From a virus (lineage: Duplodnaviria > Caudoviricetes): 45,491 nt of DNA. Position numbers and translations under genes: made by a program. Under the pieces are notes generated by a model that saw only the letters and a list, made by a program, of their open reading frames with translations, ran no database searches and had not been told where the DNA came from. This document shows positions 6,940 to 13,711 of this stretch, in pieces. Numbering within the stretch: the first letter of the stretch is position 1; every line of letters starts with the position of its first letter. The stretch lies in the IMG/VR virus record IMGVR_UViG_3300018083_000049, positions 1 through 45,491 of that record; one strand, written 5' to 3'.

Positions 6940-6968
6940 TTGACACAAGCACATGGTTGTGCTATACT
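6940..6968 (+). promoter_or_regulatory. Sigma70 promoter P3
   Basis: TTGACA (6940-6945), N17, TATACT (6963-6968) with TGn extension; TTGACACAAGC shared with P1 and P2. Confidence 0.88.
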
Positions 6969-6997
6969 ATAGGTATAATGAAGAAAGGAAAGGACAA

Positions 6998-7186
6998 GTG
7001 AATATCTACATATCCACTTCACTGCGTAGCCAGATGAAGGAGTATGGTGATACGATCAACTGGTCAAAGGTTGCAGCAGATGCATTCGTATCCGCAATGC
7101 AACAGGAGAAGGATCGTATCGATCAACGCCATGCACGTAGGCGTCTAACACAACGAGCATATTCATGGATCAACGAAGGGACCTAG
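6998..7186 (+). CDS. Ribbon-helix-helix (CcdA/VapB-antitoxin-like) DNA-binding protein
   Basis: GTG start after AAGGA; beta strand NIYIS, a helix, then INWSKVAADAF, as in RHH antitoxin-like repressors. Confidence 0.6.
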   Translation: MNIYISTSLRSQMKEYGDTINWSKVAADAFVSAMQQEKDRIDQRHARRRLTQRAYSWINEGT

Positions 7187-7189
7187 CAG

Positions 7190-7636
7190 ATGCTATCGTC
7201 AGACAAGAACAAACTCGTGGACAAAGTGAATACCGCCTTTGCCAGTATCGGCAAGGGCAATGGCACCAAGATGCCACCATCCACCAACAACGCAGACAGC
7301 TATGCGTATGACCTATGGGTATCACACCAACTCGTGTCACTTGCAAACAAACGAAAGGAGTTAGCTGAGAAGGCATGTATCAAAGCCGGTATCATGCTGG
7401 ATAAAGAGAAGGACCCACGTCCTGAAGGCACGAAGGAAGTGCTGTTCAGTGGCGATAACGTAGCCATTAGCTTGAATGTGAGTGGTGCGGCTACTCGTAT
7501 CAACACTGAGAAGCTGCTTGCTTATCTGGTTGAGCATGGTGTGCCAAACAAGACACTGGACGAAGCCATTGCAAGTGCATCGTCTAAGTCCCGTCCTGCT
7601 CACGTGTTCTCTACCTACCTACTGACCAACGATTGA
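7190..7636 (+). CDS. Hypothetical protein (148 aa)
   Basis: Clean ORF with AAGGGA RBS. Confidence 0.8.
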   Translation: MLSSDKNKLVDKVNTAFASIGKGNGTKMPPSTNNADSYAYDLWVSHQLVSLANKRKELAEKACIKAGIMLDKEKDPRPEGTKEVLFSGDNVAISLNVSGAATRINTEKLLAYLVEHGVPNKTLDEAIASASSKSRPAHVFSTYLLTND

Positions 7637-7654
7637 CGTAGGCCAAGCATAAGT

Positions 7655-7682
7655 GCACCATGTCCTCACAAGGGCATGGTGC
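7655..7682 (+). terminator. Intergenic hairpin, possible terminator or processing site
   Basis: GCACCATGTCC-TCACAA-GGGCATGGTGC followed by tgcttgtgtt. Confidence 0.5.
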
Positions 7683-7705
7683 TGCTTGTGTTAAGGAGTA
7701 ACAAC

Positions 7706-7963
7706 GTGGGTAAGGTAATACACATGAGTGAACGCAAACCAATACCGCCTAAGTCACAGACATTCGAGCACGGTGGACAGAAGTATACGTGCACGTTCGA
7801 TCCACGTGCGCCTAAGTCTGAGCAATGGGTGTGGACAGTAAACTATAAGCGCACATACCCATACATGGGCTCGGCTCCTACACTGGAGAGTGCCAGTGTC
7901 AAGGCACGCAAGCAAATCCATGCGCTGAACAAGCACATCATCGCAATGGAGGAGAACGAATGA
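7706..7963 (+). CDS. Hypothetical protein (85 aa)
   Basis: GTG 7706 after TAAGGAG within ORF 7676..7963. Confidence 0.7.
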   Translation: MGKVIHMSERKPIPPKSQTFEHGGQKYTCTFDPRAPKSEQWVWTVNYKRTYPYMGSAPTLESASVKARKQIHALNKHIIAMEENE

Positions 7964-8136
7964 GTATATCTCCTGTAGTAATCGAACAACTTAGGCAAGC
8001 CATCAAGGAATTGGAGCCTCCATTCTTGGCCTTGCCAGAGGCAGGAGGAAACCCTGTGATCCTTGCTTATCGGCGAGGTGCACGTGACGCATACCAACGT
8101 GTGCTAGACACATTGCTGGAAGAACAAGATGAATGA
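7960..8136 (+). CDS. Hypothetical protein (58 aa)
   Basis: Hand translation MSISPVVIEQLRQAIKELEPPF...DTLLEEQDE; ATGA overlap, GGAGGAG RBS; fills the gap. Confidence 0.7.
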   Translation: MSISPVVIEQLRQAIKELEPPFLALPEAGGNPVILAYRRGARDAYQRVLDTLLEEQDE

Positions 8137-8410
8137 TACACCAACCGAACGTGCTGCTATCAATCAGCTATCAGTTGATGAACTTGATGCCATGCTCGCA
8201 GCTATACGTGAGCGGCGACTGGCACGTGTGCAGAAGCTAGAAGCTATAGCCAAGGTCAAGGCTGACGACGCTCGCCTCGTTGATTGGTTGTCGTATGAGA
8301 AAGCATACAAGGTAGCTAAGCGTGCACTCGATAAGCTGGAAGTAGAAGAAGCCAAGGTGGAGAAGCTGATCCACAAGGTTCGACTGAAGGTGTTCGAGTT
8401 ACAAGCATAG
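8129..8410 (+). CDS. Hypothetical coiled-coil protein (93 aa)
   Basis: Helical, charged; part of the operon chain. Confidence 0.75.
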   Translation: MNDTPTERAAINQLSVDELDAMLAAIRERRLARVQKLEAIAKVKADDARLVDWLSYEKAYKVAKRALDKLEVEEAKVEKLIHKVRLKVFELQA

Positions 8411-8420
8411 GAACAAGCAC

Positions 8421-8594
8421 ATGACAATAGAAACAGACAAGGCATGGGATGCACTTGTGAAATCTTGTATAGAGTGGGCCAATCACATGGATCAATGGGA
8501 GAAGTTCAAGTTCAACACAGAGTTCGGAACCGTCTATGTTTCCATTATGTTGGAGACAGAATATCCAGACAGTTTCGATCTTATAAATAAATAG
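8421..8594 (+). CDS. Hypothetical protein (57 aa)
   Basis: Hand translation MTIETDKAWDALVKSCIEWANH...PDSFDLINK; AGGA RBS; fills the gap. Confidence 0.65.
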   Translation: MTIETDKAWDALVKSCIEWANHMDQWEKFKFNTEFGTVYVSIMLETEYPDSFDLINK

Positions 8595-8606
8595 AAGGCC
8601 AAGCAC

Positions 8607-9020
8607 ATGGAACTGAACAAGACAAGCACACTCGTAGTCAAGAAGTGGATAGAAGATAAGCGTATCGCATTGGTCAACGAGATGACTGCGATCAAGGCAC
8701 GCATTGATGTGTATACACAGATGCTCAAGGAGTTGGAGCAACAGCAACCAGTTGTTGTGTCCGTGAAACGTCCAAACAAAAGAGGACGACCAGCAACCAG
8801 TAAGACAGACAACGCGATTGCTCTTGCACTAGAAGCTGCGGGTAGTAAAGGTCTTACAGCCAGAGAACTAGCAGAGGTTGCACATCTACCAATCGGCACA
8901 GCAGGCAGCCGTCTTACACATTGGAACAAAGCAGGTAAGGTGAAACACATAACACCTAAGTACTTCATCGTGCATAGCACACAGGAGGATAACAACGTGG
9001 AACAAGGAGGTATGCAATGA
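8607..9020 (+). CDS. DNA-binding protein: N-terminal coiled coil, KRGRP hook, C-terminal winged HTH
   Basis: GLTARELAEVAHLPIGTAGSRLTHWNKAGKV wHTH pattern. Confidence 0.7.
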   Translation: MELNKTSTLVVKKWIEDKRIALVNEMTAIKARIDVYTQMLKELEQQQPVVVSVKRPNKRGRPATSKTDNAIALALEAAGSKGLTARELAEVAHLPIGTAGSRLTHWNKAGKVKHITPKYFIVHSTQEDNNVEQGGMQ

Positions 9021-9262
9021 GCATCAAGGCACGTGATGTGCGAACGAACATCGCAGCCAATGGCTTCGAGCGTGGCGTTGTCATCACGCTTGAGTCTATA
9101 TGCGAAGACCTCAGTGCATTGCGAACCAACATGCAGGATGCTGCTGAGTTGATCGTTGGTATCAGTGAACAGACAGAACGCTTCCTAATCATCGGTAATG
9201 GCATACAAGCCAAGCTGGATATGTTGGAGAGGAATGTACGGGATGATGAACCACAAGGCTAG
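9017..9262 (+). CDS. Hypothetical protein (81 aa)
   Basis: ATGA overlap, AAGGAGG RBS. Confidence 0.75.
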   Translation: MSIKARDVRTNIAANGFERGVVITLESICEDLSALRTNMQDAAELIVGISEQTERFLIIGNGIQAKLDMLERNVRDDEPQG

Positions 9263-10343
9263 CTTCCGTATGGCAACTGCCGATGATGTGCATCTGGAGA
9301 CGTATGATCACACCAAGTTGAGCGCGGTCAACACATGTCCCACGTATGGGATACTCAGGTATCAATTGCATAAGCAGATGCCGTCCGAAGGCAGAGCCAT
9401 GGCACTGGAGGCTGGCAGCGCAATGCATGAATGCTTCTCGTTCATCCGGCTGGTGTCGTTGATGCAACAGCATGATGCCAGACCTGCATTCCAGGATGCG
9501 TTATGGGACCACCAGATGATGCGCCTGTTTGGTGCGGAGCGTATGGTATATATCAACAATGCACTGGAGATGTGTATCGATAAGATAGACGTGGCCAAGA
9601 CAGGTGGTCTGGCTGTGTTGGAGACATCTGGGTTCTACGATGATCCACGTGATAAGCGACGCACGCTGAGCAACCTGGAGGAATGCCTGTATGCGTATGT
9701 CAATCGATGGCGGTGGGATCATCCCGTGTGGATGCGTGATGTAGACAACCCGCTATCGGATGTGGGTATCGAGATACCGTTCGATCTTGTGGTAGATATC
9801 AGTGGCCTGCCTATCATACCGAAAGCACACATGGAGTTCCGCTTAACGGGTCGGATCGATGGCATCCATTACAACACACGCAATGAGTTGAGTATCCATG
9901 ACAACAAGACAGCAAGCAGGCTAGGTGATGCGTGGTCTAACTCATTCCTGCTCAGTCATCAGATCACGGGCTACTGTATTGCTGCTGCTACGTTCATCCA
10001 GGAACCTGTCAACAAGGCAGAGGTACTTGGCTTGGCTATCCCTCTACCTCGCACTTATGACCTTGGTGGTTATGTGCGCGAGGTGGTTCCACGATACGAC
10101 TACCACTATGCCAGATGGATAGACTGGTTAGTGCATACCATCCAGTTGACCAGACAGTATGCTGGTAATCCATTCGATGCACCGAAGTATACACACAGTT
10201 GCAATCGCTACTTCCGGCCATGCTCAATGATCCCATTCTGCGATGCGGATGACGAGGAACAACATCGTATCGTGAATGATATGGTGGACAATGAATGGTC
10301 GCCACTGAACAAACCAATCCTGGATGGGATTGGCAACGAGTGA
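9243..10343 (+). CDS. PD-(D/E)XK exonuclease, Cas4/AddB-like with probable Fe-S staple
   Basis: GSAMH, TGRIDG...IHDNKT, QITGY; N-terminal CP plus C-terminal C-x6-C-x5-C; start trimmed to ATG 9243. Confidence 0.85.
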   Translation: MMNHKASFRMATADDVHLETYDHTKLSAVNTCPTYGILRYQLHKQMPSEGRAMALEAGSAMHECFSFIRLVSLMQQHDARPAFQDALWDHQMMRLFGAERMVYINNALEMCIDKIDVAKTGGLAVLETSGFYDDPRDKRRTLSNLEECLYAYVNRWRWDHPVWMRDVDNPLSDVGIEIPFDLVVDISGLPIIPKAHMEFRLTGRIDGIHYNTRNELSIHDNKTASRLGDAWSNSFLLSHQITGYCIAAATFIQEPVNKAEVLGLAIPLPRTYDLGGYVREVVPRYDYHYARWIDWLVHTIQLTRQYAGNPFDAPKYTHSCNRYFRPCSMIPFCDADDEEQHRIVNDMVDNEWSPLNKPILDGIGNE

Positions 10344-10418
10344 CCACATGTTGTGTGTAGTTGACTAATCGCGATACCACATGTTGTGGTATTGACACAT
10401 GCAAAACAGGAGCCGAAC

Positions 10419-10580
10419 ATGGATGAAGTCGTAATTGCAAGAACACTCAAAGCATTGGCTGTGTTAGCTGAGAAGATCAGTGACGTTGATACGAAGGAGG
10501 CATTGATACTCGTCTGTGCCGTGTTGATCGAACACAATAAATCCATCCAGGAGTTGGTTGAGGCAGGAGATGATTACTAA
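10419..10580 (+). CDS. Hypothetical protein (53 aa)
   Basis: ATG 10419 after AGGAG; TAATG overlap with the next gene. Confidence 0.65.
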   Translation: MDEVVIARTLKALAVLAEKISDVDTKEALILVCAVLIEHNKSIQELVEAGDDY

Positions 10581-11416
10581 TGGATGATGAACCGCCATTG
10601 ATGGGTGGAGGCATACCGATAACGTCTCCACGTGTGGACAACGTGCAACTACAGATGCTGCTATGGGGTGATAGTGGTAGTGGTAAGACAACGCTCGCCG
10701 CGACCGCACCTGGAGTCAAGCTGTTCCTCATGCTGGACCCCGGTGGTGAACTATCACTGGCTGATCGTAATGATATAGCTGTGCTCAATCTGGCAAGTGA
10801 GTCACCGATCAGGTTGATCACTCAACTTGGTTTGCCTGATCCGTATGGTATTGGTAAGATACTGCTTGCCCGTCCCGACATCGAGACCGTGGTGGTTGAT
10901 AGCATGACCACGCTTGCGTATGCGGCATTGCAGAACAGCGTGATATTCAACAAGTCAACGATCGAACGGCCGGGTATGCATGGATACACGTTTCGCAATG
11001 CCAGTGTGCTGCGTGCGACCATTGCAATCATGCGGATATGTGCGGAACACAAACGCCACCTGATCCTCATCACGCATGAGGGTGCGGCGGATCGTAATAG
11101 CGAGGGTGTGCCTATCAGTGTGACCATGGCACTGAGCGAGGGCACAGCTAACCAAGTTGGTCTGCGCTTCAATGAGGTGTGGAACCTAAGTGATACAGGC
11201 ACGGAACGTCGTATCGCCATACGTCCGTGCCGATTGCGTAAGCCTATGAAGTCTCGCTTGTTTGTATCCGACAAGCCTGAGTTTGTATGGCACTATGATG
11301 CTGATACACAACAAGGCGAAGGCATAGCCGAGTGGTATCACGCATGGCAAGCTGGTGGTGGGAAGAAGCTAGCGTTGCCTGTCGCAACCCCAAGTAGAGG
11401 AGTAATAAAAAAGTAA
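10580..11416 (+). CDS. AAA_24/Sak4-like RecA-fold ATPase (recombinase)
   Basis: Walker A GDSGSGKTT, Walker B VVVDS, LILITH; lies between the exonuclease and the SSB-like gene. Confidence 0.82.
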   Translation: MDDEPPLMGGGIPITSPRVDNVQLQMLLWGDSGSGKTTLAATAPGVKLFLMLDPGGELSLADRNDIAVLNLASESPIRLITQLGLPDPYGIGKILLARPDIETVVVDSMTTLAYAALQNSVIFNKSTIERPGMHGYTFRNASVLRATIAIMRICAEHKRHLILITHEGAADRNSEGVPISVTMALSEGTANQVGLRFNEVWNLSDTGTERRIAIRPCRLRKPMKSRLFVSDKPEFVWHYDADTQQGEGIAEWYHAWQAGGGKKLALPVATPSRGVIKK

Positions 11417-11539
11417 GGCCATCATGCCAAGCACGATGACCTTAATAGTTGCACAAGTGTGAACAAGACAAACCACATGCATCCCACAGGTGGAAGTCTT
11501 CTCCACATATAATCCACATCCATATGAGGATCAACCCCC

Positions 11540-11953
11540 ATGTCAGAATCTATCCTGAGTTTCAGCAACGACATCACCAACGCACCACCGCCTCCGCTTC
11601 TACCCGTAGGTCCATACCCTGCGGAAATCATCGGTGCGATTAAGAAGCAAGGCAATGCTGGTGAGTTCGCACAGATCACGTTCCGTATCAATGCGGAGTC
11701 CTATCCTGCCGACTTCCAGGATGGTGATCCTGATGGTATCATTCTTCAGTACAACTTCCTGAAGACTGCTGACACTCCCACCAACATGCATCGCTGGCGT
11801 GTATTCCTTGAGAAAATCGGTGGTCCGCTCGGTCGGTCCATTGATCTCAACTCACTCATTGGCCTGACGGCTACGGTTGATCTGACGCATCGTGCGCCAG
11901 ACGCATTCCGTGATGAGGCAAGCGTGCAGATTTCGCGTATCCTCGCAGCATAA
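11540..11953 (+). CDS. Putative ssDNA-binding protein (DUF669-like)
   Basis: PLLPVGPYPAEI...DLNSLIGLTATVDL OB-fold-like pattern; position after Sak4 is typical. Confidence 0.6.
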   Translation: MSESILSFSNDITNAPPPPLLPVGPYPAEIIGAIKKQGNAGEFAQITFRINAESYPADFQDGDPDGIILQYNFLKTADTPTNMHRWRVFLEKIGGPLGRSIDLNSLIGLTATVDLTHRAPDAFRDEASVQISRILAA

Positions 11954-11979
11954 GTTGTGCATAAGTGTGGTCACATGGC

Positions 11980-12008
11980 TTGCGTTGTGTGATCACATGA
12001 CCTATTAT
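11980..12008 (+). promoter_or_regulatory. Putative promoter P4 with a palindromic operator in the spacer
   Basis: TTGCGT, N17, TATTAT; spacer contains TGTGATCACA; ~30 nt before ATG 12040. Confidence 0.6.
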
Positions 12009-12039
12009 CTGGGCGTTACCAAACCAACAGGAGTTGAAT

Positions 12040-12330
12040 ATGTCTGCTACCCAAACGGCTGCGTCTACCAATGGTGAGACCCCAGCCAAGCGTAAGCGTA
12101 AGCGCAGTGCGAGCGTGGCCAAGCCTGCGTTCTTCGTCATCCAGGTGTTGGATGACAATGGTGAGCCTACGCACTTCGACAAGTCACGTATCCGTCTCGT
12201 GAAGGTGGAGCGTAATGCTGAAGCCATCATGGAACTGATGGATAATGAGGACTATCCTCATGCATTCTACCTGCGTGGCATCGTTCCAGTGTCACGTCCG
12301 GGCCAGCCGATGAGGGCTGCTGCGGAGTAA
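12040..12330 (+). CDS. Hypothetical protein with basic KRKRKR patch (96 aa)
   Basis: AGGAG RBS; flanked by its own promoter and a hairpin. Confidence 0.8.
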   Translation: MSATQTAASTNGETPAKRKRKRSASVAKPAFFVIQVLDDNGEPTHFDKSRIRLVKVERNAEAIMELMDNEDYPHAFYLRGIVPVSRPGQPMRAAAE

Positions 12331-12336
12331 TATAAC

Positions 12337-12368
12337 AACGCACCGCTGTCTCTTGGCAGCGGTGCGTT
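12337..12368 (+). terminator. Strong hairpin, probable terminator/attenuator
   Basis: AACGCACCGCTG-N8-CAGCGGTGCGTT, 12-bp perfect stem 6 nt after the stop; weak U-tract. Confidence 0.65.
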
Positions 12369-12407
12369 CCTCTCCCTGCGGTTTGGTATACAAGAAGTGG
12401 AACAACC

Positions 12408-13706
12408 ATGGACATCGTGTATGATGACAAGCAGCATGCTGCTATAGATGCATGCTGTGATGTGCGTAAGCGTATCGTTGCTGTGACTGGCAAAGCCGGA
12501 ACAGGCAAGACACTGATTATGAAGGAGGTATCCGACAGGCTAAGTGAGGCTGGCTATGGTGTGCAGACCAGTGCACCAACAGGCAAGGCAGCCAAGCGCA
12601 TACGTGAGGTGACTGGCCTCGATGCGATGACCAACCATCGTATGCTTGGCTACGGTATGCCAGTAGACCTGGAGGTTGAAGACGAGAAGAAAGGTGGAAC
12701 CAAGATGGTACAGGTGTCCACTGGTCCACGATATGATCGTGCCAAGCCATTGCAATACGACACCATACTGTGTGATGAATATGCCATGGTGAACCAGGAC
12801 ATACACCGCGCACTGATCAATGCACTGAAGTCAGGCGCACGACTGTGCATGTTTGGTGACGTAAACCAGCTACGTCCTATCGAAGAGGATAAGAGATTAG
12901 ATGGTCAACCTTCTGCCTTCATGGCGGCGCTTGAGAAGTTTGGTGGGCTTGTGCTGGACACGATCCATCGGCACGATGAGGGGTCCGGTATCGCAAGTAA
13001 TGGTGCACTTATCCTGCAAGGACGCATGCCCCGCAACAGTAACGACTTCGCGTTACGGCAAACGGACAACCCTGTCCGTGCAGTGCAGGAATTTGTCGAG
13101 TTGTCCCTTGCGTCTGGACACGACTACTCAGATAATGATCATCAAATCATCACGTGTATGAACAAGAGTTGGATCGGCACGCAGAAGCTAAACATCGTAT
13201 TGCAATCCATGTTCTGGGATCGTGCTCGTCCATTCATTGAGTTACCACGTTACCGCATGGGCAATGTGCAGCAGCCACCTATCCGCGTGCAGGTAGGCAG
13301 CAAGGTGGTGTATACCGCGAACACATATGATCTGGGCCACGACGATGGTAGCTTCGCGTTCAATGGTGAAGTTGGCAAGGTCATCAACATCAACTACGAG
13401 GAGGGTAGTGTCGAGATAGACTTTGGTGATCGTACCGTGATCATCCCGCCGCTGTTGGTGGTTGTGTATAGTGATGGGCGTGCAGTGGAACAGGACCCAC
13501 GCAGGAACATAGACCATGCGTATGTGCTGACGACACACAAGTGCCAAGGCAGTGAGTATAAGCACGTGGCGTACGTGTTGAACAAGGCAACCATATGGGC
13601 GCAGTCTCGTCGTAACTTCTATACAGCAGTGACACGTGCACGTGAGTATTGCACTGTGTTCACCGACATGATGTCGTTGAGCAAGTCAACCAAGCATGTA
13701 GGATAG
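12408..13706 (+). CDS. RecD/Dda-like SF1B DNA helicase
   Basis: GKAGTGKT, APTGKAA, DEYAMV, GDVNQLRPI, AYVLTTHKCQGSEY, YTAVTRAR. Confidence 0.93.
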   Translation: MDIVYDDKQHAAIDACCDVRKRIVAVTGKAGTGKTLIMKEVSDRLSEAGYGVQTSAPTGKAAKRIREVTGLDAMTNHRMLGYGMPVDLEVEDEKKGGTKMVQVSTGPRYDRAKPLQYDTILCDEYAMVNQDIHRALINALKSGARLCMFGDVNQLRPIEEDKRLDGQPSAFMAALEKFGGLVLDTIHRHDEGSGIASNGALILQGRMPRNSNDFALRQTDNPVRAVQEFVELSLASGHDYSDNDHQIITCMNKSWIGTQKLNIVLQSMFWDRARPFIELPRYRMGNVQQPPIRVQVGSKVVYTANTYDLGHDDGSFAFNGEVGKVININYEEGSVEIDFGDRTVIIPPLLVVVYSDGRAVEQDPRRNIDHAYVLTTHKCQGSEYKHVAYVLNKATIWAQSRRNFYTAVTRAREYCTVFTDMMSLSKSTKHVG

Positions 13707-13711
13707 AAGCC

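Noticed and set aside
9243-10343. Cas4-like nuclease as evidence of a CRISPR-related system
   Set aside because: It sits in a standard exonuclease-Sak4-SSB recombination module; there is no cas1/cas2 or array.
11988-11997. TGTGATCACA as a CRP/FNR-family site
   Set aside because: The half-sites are adjacent with no 6-bp (CRP) or 4-bp (FNR) spacer; treated as a possible phage operator instead.
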